Of a stretch of DNA of 64,000 bases, positions 1-25,766 are shown piece after piece. This DNA comes from Hormiphora californensis (Eukaryota > Animalia > Ctenophora), in assembly GCA_020137815.1 (NCBI GenBank), contig CM035350.1, positions 10,106,001 through 10,170,000 on the forward strand. The letters run 5' to 3'. The position numbers were made by a program, and so were the translations under genes. Position 1 is the first letter of the stretch. Each line of letters starts with the position of its first letter. The notes beneath the pieces are model-generated. The model was not told where the DNA came from. It did no database searches and was given only the letters and a program-made list of their open reading frames with translations.

Positions 1-3000
1 TAAATATCGTAATTTTTTCCAATCATTAGCCTTGAGAAGGGATCTAAAACACTGTATTATCTGTTTGTTTGCGCTTTCGGCCTTGCCATTGCTCGGTGAA
101 ATTTGGCAGTTGTTTTGATATCCTGATATACAAAGGCTTTAAATAGCTTTCCATAATGACGACGTTAAAATCCTGTACCTAAGTCATGGCTAATAGAACG
201 AGGAAACCAAATTTCAAAAACCAATTTCAAAGAGCACTTATTGTGGCTTGTGTTCAGTAGATTCACGGCACGGCAACAGTGTATTAGTGAATGAATCGAC
301 GATAACTAGTAATGCAATATTCCTCTAGGGGGGTGTTGTGCTTGGATTAAATGGTCAATGGAAATATTTTGATTGAATTCAGTATACACAATGGGTTTTC
401 ATGGGAGCTCTAAGATATGCCTTAGTTGCTTAGTACGGGCACAAATAAGACAGCTATCCGTAAATACTTAACTTCCTCCTTATAATTATGGAAATAGTAG
501 TTCTTTAAAATTCTAGATATCGGATTTTCGACACCACTATGACACCGCCTCAAATGTACTGTGACATTCAACATTACTCTTTCAACAAGGGAGTCAGGGA
601 CAAACTATTAGAAACTTAAAACTTTTTGAGTCTTTGGATCAACCCACACTTTCTATAGATAAATCCATTTCAATTAAAAACTCAAAATTTTTGAAGTAAT
701 GACAAAGTTCATTAGGCTCACTCCGATGACTAAAATTTAATGGCTTCTCGCCACTCTCTAACCATTCCAACACTCGCTTGAGATTAGAATCCTTCTTTGT
801 CCTCTAGTTTTATTTCATCTAATTTGACTAATTTCAGTTTGTCATCATTTTGATGGCAGCTAAACTTTTGGCTCAAACTCTAGGTATTGTATCAGGTTTG
901 TGTACCTGACTCTTTCGTCTGATTGACCCATAAGACCAACGGCTAAGAAAATCGGCATGCTAATCTGACGAAGTACCACTACGTGTTGATTACCAAAATT
1001 AACTGATGCCAAATCAGCAAGTCTTTTTGCATAAAACTATTCTCTTTACGAAAACTTCTCAAAAGATACCAAAGATCTGCATCTGTTTCAATATTAACTT
1101 TGGGTGCAGCTAATAATACATTTCAGGCATAAGGCACCATGTAGTCCTAAAAAATTCATTTTGTGGCACCATATTGTCGGTGGCTTTTGAACAGTTATTC
1201 TACTCCAATAACATAATGATTACGACGTTTTCCCGTTTTGAATTTGCTGTAGACAAGCACCTGTGACCTCGCTTAGAAGAAGTCTATGCTGACAATAAAT
1301 CCACTATTCAAATCAGGGATGGCAAGGGTTTTGAGGAGAACAAAGTTCTGCTTTTAAGTTTTTCAAATGATTTTTGACATTCAATAGACCATTCAATGGT
1401 TTGTTTTGCTCTAGCAATCATATAATGCCTAGTAATTTTTGCTAATTGGGATGAATGACCTATTCAATTCATAGTACCAAAGAAATTTCTGTAATTGCTT
1501 CACAGTTTTGGGGGGCTGAATTGTCATGATAGCTTTTGTTATTTTCATCTACAGAAATACCATTTTCAGTTAAAGTATGGCCCAAAAATTTTTGCTGAAC
1601 TAGCAAACAAAGGTGTGTCTTTTGGGGTTAAGCTTCATGTTAGCAAAGTTAATCTGTCAAAAACAAATTTTACCGAGTTAGGTGATCTTGAACCGTGTTG
1701 CTACCAGGCCCAACAATCATCGATATAGAAACAGGAACTAAAAGAAACTGGCAAAACGTTTGGATATCATTCTACTGAATTGGCACTAGAAACTAGTTTG
1801 GCCTTGTACCTACGTTTTTCCACATGTAACGTGATGTTTGTAAGTACAACGGTGGTTAGGGGTGTTACTACGTTTTTTCGAGGGGCAATTGCCAAAACTG
1901 GAAGTAAAGTTCAAAACTACTCAAAATATTTAGTTATCCCTCATTTTATCTAGAAACTTGTTAATTTTTGGTAATCGTATTGATCTTGTATGGCCTGCGA
2001 ATTTAAAGCTCTACACATCTTGCACAATCTATACTGAGAACTTGTTTTTGTTACTTTCTCAACAAGGAACAGCCGAATTCCATTTACTATATTGACAAGG
2101 GTTAATTTGGTCACCTTTTAACATATCCTCTAACTCTTCATCCATGTGCTTTTTCTAAGTATAACTAACTGGTCTGCTAGGCACCATTTTCTCGACGTAA
2201 TCGCGTTTTTAAATCTAGTTGTAGCTTCAGAAACGAACACTTTCCTAAATCATGTCTGTCCCGGCTAAAACAATGTGAGTATAAATGCAACATTCTCTTT
2301 AGCTGTTCTCATCTCACTACTTGAAATCTTATCTCATCTACTTAACTCTTGGTATTATACTTTCTCTATATCGGCCCATTTACCATTCTCAATAGTTTCC
2401 TCAATCGAAACGGAATTTTCCAATCGTTTTAAATTCATACGTGCATCTATATCCCACTCATAATCTGTTTTATTTGTGCTTTTTAAAGCATGAACATTAC
2501 TAAGACCTCTATTAGTCGGCGAAAGGATCTAATTTAGCTATTGTTTGGTTTTGGTATACAGGGATATCATAGGCATAACATTGGTACAATGTACTAGACT
2601 TTGTTACCAACAGTGTATGACAAACTAGGGGAAATCAAAACATTCTTTCTTAATCATAAATTGTGTAAATGGCTCATTATGACCTAAAATTTTTTGTTTG
2701 TTAGGTGACTGGAATTTGTACATTTAACAAATTTTGCAGTGTTAGCCGGATTGTTTTGGGTTTTGTAACACCTGGCTCGTGTGCTTCTAGAAAGAAAGAA
2801 AGGTTGGTCTGTGAATGAAACTTTCCCATGTGTTGTACTAACCATTTTTTACTAAAATTTATTGACATGTCCCAATAATTTCATGATATCTGTCCGATTG
2901 AAAAACTCATTTTCAACATAATCACAAACTATGAATATTTCTCTAGCTAGGGTTCTCGCAATTGAAATTTCTAATTTTATTTGTCCTCTACAGGGAACAG

Positions 3001-4150
3001 GTTTGTTGTCCAAACCAGCAATAGATTTTTCGAACAAGGTTCAATTTTGTTCATTAACCCTAATTTTTGAACAAAAGAAGTAGAAAACTAAACTCAACCA
3101 AGCACCTGTGTCTATCAAAAAGTTTGCTGAATTTTTATAACAGTAGCCATTAACTAAACTTTCGACATATTCGTTTTTAAATCGGGCCGCACATTAAAAT
3201 TGTGTGTTCTATCGCGGCCCGCGATTAGTTTAAATTACGCCTCTACTAGTACAATTTCTTGCAAATGAACATCTCCACAATTATAGCACCTATACTTTTG
3301 GTATTCCGTTCTCTACTGTATGATCTATCATATCGATTTCTATTGTTATTCCTATATACATATCGACCTCTTCTATTAGATCTATTTATCGGCCTCTGCT
3401 ATTGGATCTATTGTATCTACCTCTGCTGTTAGATCTATTATATCTATCTCTTCCAGTCTACTATTCTCACACTTCTAAATCATCTCGTCCTCTGTGTCTA
3501 TGTAGTTCAACTTTGTCTCTTCAGCACTATTACCTACTGTTAGTACTGGGGTTTAATGGAATCATTGTCTCCAAAAACTATTTTCAACTGCTACCAATTC
3601 TCTCAACATTAAACTATCTCTTCAAAACCCTTGTCCATGTTTACCGTACTTTTCTCTTAATTCTTGTATCGACAAACCTTTCATTAACATAATTTGTCAT
3701 AAACCTCTTCTTTAGTCAGTGTGCAGACCCGAAATCGAACAACTTCTCTCTAATCCTAGCAAAAAATCATCTACTGATTCTCCTTGATTCTGCTTAGTAT
3801 CGTACAGCTGACTTTTGTAAGGCTAGCCGAGACACGGGGTTACACATGGCTGTTACAAATATTTCATTTACCTCCGTTACACTATTCTCTATTGTTTTGG
3901 GTATGTAAAATTTTTCAAAATTTCATACGTTGTGTCATCAACATATTGTAATACCAAGGGCTTAATTCTTTTGTCTGAAATACCGGACATTTGGAAAACT
4001 TCTTCAAATCTTTCACCAAAGTCTAATGAAATTGTTCACCTTTTTTGTAAAATGGAAATGTTAGCATTGTTCACGGGCAAGAGTTTTTAGCAATTCTGAA
4101 AGTACTTGGCTGGTGTTTTTCGGCATAATTGGGGGTTTTCATCATGAGTT
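1..4150 (-). mobile_element. Decayed Ty3/Gypsy LTR retrotransposon internal region (gag-PR-RT-RNaseH-IN), running off the window start
   Basis: Minus-strand motifs read by hand in Gypsy order: Gag Zn-knuckle CYNCGDVH..C (~3250-3290, frameshifted), protease FLIDTGA (~3100-3123), RT CFYIDD (~1716-1733), RT/RH linker FENLKAELCSP and IVSID (~1285-1368), RNase H end HADFLSR (~940-959), integrase SNGKAESANKQI (~58-93). Many stops and frameshifts. Confidence 0.9.
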
Positions 4151-4929
4151 TTCGGCTGTGGATTTTCGCTTGATTTTACGTCATTTTATTTCTTCGTCAA
4201 TTGTCATTCGAGCTAAACCTGAGCTCGAGCAGGGGGCGTAGGTTCCCGAAGTGAACTCGCCGAACCCTCCTCTCACGAAGAGAGGTAACTTGGGTTCAAG
4301 AACCGCCGGGACCTGGAATGAAGAACAGGAACCCGAACTGAGATGGTCCCCAAAGGAGAACTGAACTAGATTGTCTGCAAAAATCAGGAACAAGGGTTGA
4401 CTGGAACTGACCGGGTATGAAGGTAGTAGGGTTGCAGAAACTGGAACGTGTTTTGATTTGATTTGTAAAAGGATAAAATCATATAATACACAATGTTATA
4501 ATAAAGATAATATCCCGGCTGGCTTCCTATTGACGGGATGAGGCAAATATTGATGGAGCGCTTACACCTCAAAGTATAGTTTAAAACACACCCGACAGTC
4601 GCTCACACTCTACAGACAACAAACTTGTAATACAGTATACTTTTTAATGATAGGTAAGTTTAAGAATTAGTTTAAATGGAATTTTAATTTAAGTATATAA
4701 AAACCCAGAACCCTTCCAACCCCCGGTCATTTAGTTTGTATGTCTTGGTTCTGTCTGTTCCTAATTTGTCTTTAGATATGCTGAGATGATTGTCCTAAAC
4801 AAAACATGCTCCACGGCTGTGTCGGCAAATTCCTCATCATCGTTTCAAACCACCAGCACAACATCAAACAAGAAACCAGAATGAACTAAACCATGCATTT
4901 CACCTAATTTTTAATTTAAATTTGCCGAC

Positions 4930-6700
4930 AACAGCCGGGCATTAAATATTCTCTAACAAATGCTCACCAAGCCTAGTACAAAAGTCATCAGCTCTACAAC
5001 ATGTCGCATATCCGTGGGCAGCTTGTTCCACTCCTTATGACACAGCGGTAGAAGTAACTGTGAACGAAAGTATCAGACCTAGTTGTTCAGTACAGATTAT
5101 ATCTGTCGAGTCCTCTGTTATTTTGTAGTCTCGTGACATCGTCTATAGTCAGAAATGTGGATCGTACTTGTGCAAAAATGATGGTAGTAATGTTGGCGTC
5201 GTGCCATAAAATATTCTGTGAAACAGTTTTAAATCACTAAATAGAAGACTTCTCGGATGATAGGTAGTAAGTTACATTGTTTGAGGCTTTGACATGTATG
5301 TTTCTGGTCATAGCTAACATTTCTTCCATTATTAACCCATTTTACAGCCCTTTTGGAGCTTCTCAAACTTCATAAGCCCAGCATCGCTAACTGGACGCCA
5401 GACTTGACAGCAATGCTCAAAAAGTCGACCTAACTAAACTAATATACAGGGTCTCTACGCTTGTGGACAAGAATCAATCAGTGTGCAGACTCGTTTCACT
5501 AATCCTAGTCGCTGTGAGAATTTGAAAGTGTTTTGTTTCTGGTGCTCAGTAAAAGATAGCTTCTGGGTAGTATGCACCCCTAAATCAGTTTCACTAGAGT
5601 GCCTATTTATTTCAGAATTACCCAAAAAGTAACCTAATATCCAATGGGCTGCGCTTGTGAGTGCACCTAAGTAGTTTACATTGTTAGGATGGAATTTCAT
5701 ACGGTTCACCGCAGCCCACTGGAGGAGACTATCTATATCGACTTGCAAACTATCGTCTTCAGACTCAACAACCCTCCACATCTTAAGATCATCAGCATAG
5801 AGCATTACACTGTACCTACTCCTGACAGAATCAACTATATCATTAATAAATAATACAAACAAGAAAGGACCTAAGATCGATCCTTGTGGCACTCCACTAT
5901 CTACGCTCGCCCAGTTAGAAAACTCACCATTAGTAGAACTCTTTGTTTTCTACCAGACAAATAAGCCATTAAAACCTGAGCATCCTACCATTAATATCAA
6001 ACCTTTCTTTCAACTTTTTAATATAAACATCATGCGAACACTATCGAAAGCCTTTTGAAATCAAAAAATATTATATCAGTCTGACACTTATTGTTGATGT
6101 TAAGTGCCATCTCACAGTTAAATTCAATCATTGAAGCACATGATTATGTGGAACAAATCCATGTTGCTTTGGAGTGACTTTTTCGAGGCAAGCTTTGTAC
6201 AGCCGTTCTCGAATTAAGTCTTCAAATACCTTCATAACTAAAGATGTGAGAGAGATCGGGCGATAATTTTCCACGTTTGATCGGTCTCCCTTTTTGTAGA
6301 CGGGGACAACGTTTGCATTTTTCCATTCTTTGATAATCACCGTACTATAAGCCTTATTAATATAAGAGTCAAAGGATAAGCCAATGACTGACTACAATTT
6401 TTCAAAACAATAACCTGCAATATTATCAGGACCACATGTTTTTGAACTATCGATCTTCTTAGAATACAACAACTGCATCCATACGGAATATCTCATGGTT
6501 GAAGTCGTTAGTATGATTCTGAGTAGTCCGACCGACTCGTTGTACACACTGGGATCAGTGAACTGGTACAGAAAAAACTCATTAAACATCTCACACTTTC
6601 TATTGCTATCATTCTCAAATCTGCTAGATAGGTGGACAGAATCAGGGATTCTGGTGCTACTACTCTTAGACTTAACGTGCTTAAAGAACATCTTAGAAAC
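4930..6700 (-). mobile_element. 5'-truncated, frameshifted non-LTR retrotransposon (CR1/L2-type LINE) ORF2 RT region
   Basis: ORF fragments 6392-6691 (KTCGPDNI), 6128-6340 (EWKNANVVPVYKKGDRSNVENYRPISLTS) and 5455-5892 (PQGSILGPFLFVLFINDI...YADDLK); C-terminal SYFYR..KEWNKLP motif at ~5015-5060. Confidence 0.92.
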
Positions 6701-6786
6701 ATGTGCGGAGGAAGGGTTCTCGTGTACTGGAACTCCCCGAGAAAAGCTCCTCAGTCCTCAAAAGCACTGGTCCTCAAACACGGATT

Positions 6787-6977
6787 ATTCGTATCAGGCT
6801 CCAATTGAAGTAACCGCGTATAGGGTGAAACACGTAACGACTCTCGGTGAAGGGGTTGGGAACGAGAATATAAATTTGGAATATAAATCGGAATAAAGAA
6901 AAGAGAATGCTTGTCTTCTTTTATAGTTCTCCTCTACGTCATCCATCGTTCCTCCGTAGCTCATCCGTAGACATAAC
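6787..6977 (-). mobile_element. Short LTR (~172 bp, TG...CA) followed by a putative tRNA primer-binding site
   Basis: The minus strand begins TGTTATG at 6977, contains TATAAAAG and ends TTACTTCA at 6806. It is followed by AT and TGGAGCCTGATACGAAT, a TGG-starting PBS-like sequence at 6803-6787. Confidence 0.55.
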
Positions 6978-7712
6978 AACTCGTCATCTCAATAACAATA
7001 CGCTTATCACCAATGCAGTACGCCACGTCCTCCGAATACCGATCCACACGTCACGCCGTCATGTTTATTGTTTGGTGTATTCATGTCAGTGATCAGTCGT
7101 TGCTTAGGCAACATACTGAGCACTACCATGACTACCACAGTGAGAGTGAGAGGACAACTACAGACAGAACGACAACTGTGACTATACAACATACTCATTA
7201 TATCATAACTCATAAGTCAAATCAGTATGAATAATAAGGATATTATAATTATTGATTGCGCAACGTAAGATTAAAATGAAACAGAGAGAAGCATATCACG
7301 TTATTTGTTTCTCTATCCACTAGCTGTGGGAATTAACTGGCGAAAAACAAAAAGCGAAACCTCTAGGTTTGAGGTTTATGTGTACCCTCTCTCCCGACCA
7401 CAATAAAAAACACTACCTACAAATATGTGTAATTGTCCCCCACATTCCCTCAAATCCACTTAGCCTGTTACATGTCGACCAGTACATAGTCCACCACATG
7501 CATGGTACAGACTGGTGCGAGGCAGTGGTAGAATCACGGTAGAGTCAAGGTGGTACAGTTAGTGAAATAGTGTATTAGACGTAGCGCGCGGGACATATCA
7601 AGTTATCAAAGGACCCCTCACCTTGCAGCTATTGTTCTGAGCGCGTCCCAAGCCGCGCACCAGCACGTGGGAATTCTGAAGGTCCGGTTGTTGATTCAGA
7701 CACTTTTCGTCC

Positions 7713-7913
7713 GGTGTCCGGAGTCCGGACTCCTGACCGACTGGACGTATGACCGACCAAGTTTTAGGGCTACGTTTTAGGTTAATGGTTAGGGTTAGGG
7801 TGGGGTTAGGGTTAGGGTGGGGGTTAGGGGTGTGGTTAGGGGTTAGGGGTTAAGAGATAAGGGGGATTGAATTTATTCGGTCATGCGTCCATTCGGTCAG
7901 GAGTCCGGGAGCC
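7713..7913. mobile_element. MULE-like MITE with an internal TTAGGG-like tract
   Basis: 32-bp inverted repeats at 7725-7756 and 7877-7908 (2 mismatches), GG...CC ends, flanking 9-bp direct repeat TTTTCGTCC (7704-7712, 7914-7922), internal GGTTAGGG units at ~7762-7852. Confidence 0.8.
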
Positions 7914-8721
7914 TTTTCGTCCTTGGCTTGGCCTCCTGTCTGAGTAGTCACAAGTCACGTCTGTCAATTACATGACAGTGTCATGACTCATGACATTGAC
8001 AGACCCTATCCCCCTTCTACTTCTAGCTACACATTTATATAATTAGTTTTTTTCCACAACGAGCGTTCAATGTTCATTAGAAGCTAACGATAAAGGATTT
8101 GTAGAGGAGAGAAGGCTGTACCTGGTCACCATGACCAACAGGGTAACCAGGGGTTACAAATTGAATCCCTCTAGATACCAAACAGTAAATGTAATACACT
8201 TTAATATATAAAATTACGGGCATAATTCGAAAGAGATAGAGACAGAGAGAAAGAATCGAAGTACTGTTGTGTAAATGCAATGTTAGCGGGCTGCCTTGAC
8301 TTGACACCGCGTCAGCTCACACTGACACTAACTGAAATTGGTCGGGTGTTTGTCAAGTTTGGGCCACCCTGTCTGGCGGCGATTTTTTTCCCAACAGCGA
8401 CAGTGTGTTCAGATGGGGTTTGTTTGAGGAACATCCGACCCTTTTTTGAGAGGGTGGAAACAAACCCCTCAAATTCTCAGAACTTGTTTTATCTGGATCG
8501 GGGAAGTGTGGTGACATTAACAAGATCTTGATGCTAAACTATAGACAGATTGCTATACAGATTGTTGTAGAAGGCCTGGCTATTAGGCGATTAATGTGCA
8601 ATAAATCTCTCCCTCCCCCTCTCTCCTCGAGCTAAGATTATAGTGTGATTGCAGTGCATGACAGGGGACCACCAAAGTTAACAACAACAATACAGAGATG
8701 TTGGCACACCATTCCTTGTGT

Positions 8722-8816
8722 GACACAAGTCTTCCCCCTCCGAGTATTAGCTTGTTGAGTAAGGGGTGAGACATAAGTCTTCCCCCTCCGAGTATTAGCT
8801 TGTGAGACACAAGTCT
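8722..8816. repeat. Short tandem duplication (GACACAAGTCTTCCCCCTCCGAGTATTAGCTTG, ~2.3 copies)
   Basis: Seen directly in the sequence. Confidence 0.7.
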
Positions 8817-9242
8817 GCCTTCTAATCCTTCTAATATTGGCCGGCTCGCTTTTACTGTGACTCACTGTGTGGGCTGCAGCGCTTCTGATATCTCAGATAT
8901 CTATTATCTGTTAGTTGGGTCAAACACTCAGTCATTTTATACTCAGTGAAGTACACTATCTACTCAGAATGATACTACGCGGGATATGTAGCAAGGGAGC
9001 CTTTAAAATTCGACCTTATTGTTCTCAGTTGAACTGTGTCTTTTTTCTAGTTAGATCTATATAATCAAGATCTCTTGCTTCTATAGGAACTTGTTGAGTA
9101 AGAGCTGATCTGCTATCAGGCAGGCCCCTTTGCTACTTTTTATACGATGCAATCTCTCCTAGCATGCAGATCAATCCTTATTCCTATCTTTAAACAGATC
9201 CGGTATTTACACTGAGCTCCATAGGTGGGAGTAACCGGGGGG

Positions 9243-9245
<3 letters not shown>

Positions 9246-9326
<81 letters not shown>
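9246..9326. repeat. (GA)n microsatellite
   Basis: Pure GA run. Similar runs occur at ~23333-23445, 29097-29175, 30264-30450 (CT), 37366-37497, 50676-50749 and 52467-52633. Confidence 0.95.
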
Positions 9327-9329
<3 letters not shown>

Positions 9330-9676
9330 AGCGTAATTCCACTACATGTCAATGTGGGGGACGCATGCGATTGCAAAGCATGTTACATCAACTGACTGCA
9401 GAGAGAGGGAGCATGATCTATATTATATAATCCCAGTAGTGGCAGTACTCCCGGCACCACTCAGCAGCCCCCACATTGCTCCCTCGTGTCACTCTGACAC
9501 AGTCCTACTGTGTGCTCTCTGTTGTTATTATACTGACAGTTATACTGTTAAAATAGGTGCCACCACGCGTTTGATTGTATCAGAGGGCCCTATTATTCAT
9601 TGTGTTGCAGTTCTTCTTCCCAGTTCATTATTCTCAGTTCATTTCTCTGTTCCCTACTTAGTTCATTATTCTCAGA

Positions 9677-11420
9677 ATGACTAGGAAACCAGTAATTAGA
9701 AAGGGGTTTGCAGGTGTTTCTGATTCTGATTTTGTTAGAAAGAAAAAGGTGTGTATGTTACCTGTCAGATTTAGTAGGGTAACTTACCCTACTAAATCTG
9801 ACATCTCCCCATCAGTCAGTTCCTATCTTCCCAGGTCTATCTACCATTACCACCAGTACAACGGTACATCTCTCTAACGACATCTCTCTAACGACATCTC
9901 TCTAACGACATCTCTCTAACGACATCTCTCTAACGACAGCTTATCTTTCAGGGATCTAGTGGAGGTGAAACGCGGTTAACCCCCGAACAGAGACATAAAC
10001 AGTTTGTGGACAAACTAAACACATGGCTCAGAGCTAATTGTGGCCAGCTAATTGATGCACTATACGAACATGACCCCAAGGGAGCAGGTAGGTCCCCTTC
10101 TCTCTCCTAGCACTGATTATCACTGTTTATAGAATTAGATCATTACATGGAGTTTCAAACTGTCAGAGCATTGGCCTGAGCCTATGAACCGTGGTCAGAC
10201 AGGTTGGAAAGGTACTTTAACTAATTTCCTCTCCCCCTCTCAATACAGGTTTGGTACCCAAGGACACCTTTAAGGAGGCTCTCCTGGTTGTGAAGGCGCC
10301 CATAACTCCTGAGGAATTACACGTTGTGCTAAAACATGTGACAAACTGCAGAGACAAGGTGGACTATCTGGCATTTGCTAAGGGTGTCAAGATACCATTT
10401 CCTGGTCTTGAGGAACTTCCAACTGAGGTATGATAACCACTTGATAGTACAACCACTACATAGTACAACCACTTCACAATACAACCACTTCATGAAATGG
10501 TTGTACTATGGAGTGGTTGTACTACGAAGCTTCATAGTACAACCAAATCTCAGTTAACTACAACATCTAGAATTAGCACATTTCTATATGTCCATTGCTC
10601 CATGCAATATTTGATCTTGAAACGTACTCTGCAGGATATAAAGCTGAATGTGAGGGATATTTCCAACGCACCCTGTACAAAGTGCAAACTCAAGTTCCCG
10701 CCAACTGAGAAAAAGGAAATCAGACCGAGGTTTGTTGAGCTCACACTACAAACCGACTTGGGACCGACTTCCAATAACTAACAGCAGTGGTTACTGGTTG
10801 TCGGGACAATGTTTTTCAGATCTTTTGTTTGCCGGAGTTAATTTGTGACCTGATCTCTAACACCCATATTATAATTGTACAGGTACATTCAACTAAATCT
10901 AGAGTTACTACAGTTTACTGACAGGGAACTTCCTTGCAACTTCACCCTGACTATATCTGATTCTATGAGCGTCTTTGGAGTTAAACAGATAATCCAGGAC
11001 AAGTTCGGGCACTCTCTAGTGGATTTAAACGTGAGTTAATCAACATCTTCTCCAGAAAACTATGTACATTCATCACTTTATTAAAGATAACAAACAACGT
11101 CATCTTTCTTTCAGATCTACCCAGAAAAGGCTGTGAATGAGACGTTACCCAACGCCTGTACTCTCTCAGAACTTGGATTCAGGGTAAGAGATTACAGAAA
11201 CATTCTTGATTTGTACCTGAAGCACAATTCTCTAATGATCCCATCTCTCTAACTTCATAATTCTCAGGGCCACACGGTAGACGATCCAGCGGAAGTGACA
11301 CTATACTACGACGTCCATCTCCACACCGATCTAGCCCAGCAGTTCTACGCCTGTCCGCTTCTTCTGACGGATCACTACTTTGCGAAACATGAGCCAAAAC
11401 AACCTGTTAACGTGACATAA
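9677..11420 (+). CDS. Uncharacterised 7-exon protein: degenerate EF-hand pair, CxxC linker and C-terminal ubiquitin-like-fold domain
   Basis: Phase-compatible GT-AG exons at about 9677-9748, 9952-10087, 10249-10427, 10635-10729, 10883-11030, 11115-11183 and 11268-11420. Translation: MTRKPVIRK...LYEHDPKGAGLVPKDTFKEAL...EELHVVL..VTNCRDKVDYLAF...CTKC...FTLTISDSMSVFGVKQIIQDKFG...TLSELGF...TLYYD...CPLLLTDHYF. Domain calls are pattern-based. Confidence 0.75.
9866..9938 (+). repeat. 14-bp intronic minisatellite (GACATCTCTCTAAC x5) containing a CTAAC branch-point motif
   Basis: Lies directly upstream of the acceptor at 9951. Confidence 0.85.
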
Positions 11421-11641
11421 CTTTCAGAGAGACTGTTTTTATCAGCTCCAGATATATTTTAGTTCACATTAATTCCACACTTTCTGGCCAGACACCAATT
11501 TTCCACGTGTGTGTCCGTGTTTCAGCACCGTGTTTCAGCCTGTGCAAAGTGTACATATATTTCCATGTTTTTATTCCACAACCCAGTAAAATCAACACAA
11601 TTTCTCTAAAACGAAAGTGAAACTAAAATCCTAAGTACAAT

Positions 11642-23949
<12,308 letters not shown>

Positions 23950-23996
23950 CGGAACCCTCTGACATTGACTAGATAGTAGAATAGTTGGATATCATG

Positions 23997-24102
23997 GGGT
24001 TAGAGAGAGTGAAGTTAGAGGGGGTGAGGTTAGAGGGGGTGAGGTTAGAGAGGAATGAGGTTAGAGGGTGTGAGGTTAGAGGGTGTGAGGTTAGAGGGGG
24101 TG
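23997..24102. repeat. 15-bp repeat (GTTAGAGGGGGTGAG) x7 upstream of the par-3 ATG
   Basis: The minus-strand unit contains a CTAAC branch-point-like motif. Confidence 0.8.
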
Positions 24103-24706
24103 AATGGAGATGCTAAAAAAGGGGAAGGAAGATAATCGATTAGCAGGGGGGAGAAAAAGGTTCAAGTTGTTTGGGAGCACAGGAAAGGTGACAGGGCAGG
24201 GGGCAGGGGATCCACGGGGGAGGAGCGAGGGAAATAATTGGAGATTTCGAGACGGGTTTCACAGGATTTTTTAAAGCAAAACATACACAGAAACATAAAT
24301 AAAATATTCCCAAAAAGCACTCAAAAAATCTATTATATTATTTGTCTAAACTAAATACAAAAAACTTGTGTCTTTATCTCAAAATATTAAACAGACTGGA
24401 AACATACCGCTGCAGTTTGGTGATGGGAAACATAAAATGAGGGTTTGAGAGGTGGCTGAGAGAGGGAGTTTGGTGGTGTAAAAGGATGAGATATAATGGG
24501 GATTTGAGATATATTGGAGGCTGATGTACACAAGAAATACCAAGAGGACCAGTTGACACACCAGCAGTTACTGTTGACTACCAATATACAAACTGGCCTA
24601 CCATAGCTTATTGCCCCAGGTATCATGATCTCATTACTGTGTGCCGTGCAGCACAACACTACCAAGATGGGGGGTACTAAATAAACAATGTAGTGGCCCA
24701 AATTAA

Positions 24707-25766
24707 AGGGAGGGTACGTTGGCCTTCTTTTCACCCAGAAGTTTAATTTCAATCACTCTGATATTTTGACACAATGTCTGCATGGTTACTCATTCGAGGA
24801 ATCCGAAGTTTCAGCCCTCTGGATAAAAGTCTTTTTTCTCGACAGAATGAAATATGACGATGAACACCCAACAATTGGGACCATATTCGTACCAAAGTTT
24901 CAAAATTGTTTGGCTATCGATTTCCTTTCGAATGGGACCACGTTTGAGCTTAATTGGATCACACAAAATCGGCAGTGACCGTTTTGCAGCCTAGGTAAGT
25001 CATGTGATACCCAATCAAATTATGACGGTAGCAAAGAGCTTACATTTTAACGGATGCTGTATCGGGACACCTCCTCATTAGCAGACGTGCTAAGTGCTAT
25101 AGACCGTTACACCTTCTATTGGCACCTTAGTATTGACCGCTATCTCTCATTAGTGTCAGATGACCAAACCTAGGTTAAGATAAACTAGACACTGTATCGA
25201 TTGTGGGGCCAATTGAGCTCAAATTAGTCGCTTTTGAAAGGAAATCGATACCCGAAGGCGACTGTGAAATTCCCGGTTCCCAAAAAATTCCTTTTAAAAA
25301 TTTCATTCAGGATTAATCCGTCGGAAAAATGAATTTTAAGATAGAGAGCTTAAATTCCGGCTAACATCAAAATTGATCAAGTGTAGTGGCCGTACAGATT
25401 TTTAGCGCCTGAATTTACCGATTTCTGGTGAAAATAGGTCAAAATCGATGTTTGGTAAAAAGTATCATCTTTAAATAACTTATTTCACCCACTAAACTTG
25501 ATTCAATTTTAATAAAAATGCAGATTGCCATTTGTTGATACTTGCTCTATTGTATGGCAGTTTAAAAAAAAATAAAATCGAATTTAATCAAGAGAAAACC
25601 TCAAAAAACTCGAAAAACGAAAAATTGAGTTCATTAATGAACTTTCAACTTTTATGATTTGAAACTTCGGATTCCTCGAATGAGTAACCATGCAGACATT
25701 GTGTCAAAATATCAGAGTGATTGAAATTAAACTTCTGGGTGAAAAGAAGGCCAACGTACCCTCCCT
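24707..25766. mobile_element. Non-autonomous DNA transposon with 107-bp perfect TIRs and TTAA TSD (Kolobok-like AGG termini)
   Basis: TIRs at 24707-24813 and 25660-25766; TTAA at 24703-24706 and 25767-25770; internal inverted pair at ~24915-24970 / 25198-25250; no coding capacity. Confidence 0.88.

Noticed and set aside
7762-7852. True telomere or chromosome-fusion scar
   Set aside because: Short, degenerate, single orientation and enclosed by TIRs and a TSD, so it is part of a MITE.
8583-8810. Minus-strand ORF with a signal-peptide-like segment (ISVLLLLTLVVPCHA)
   Set aside because: The start lies in a tandem duplication and no coherent downstream exon chain or homology was found.
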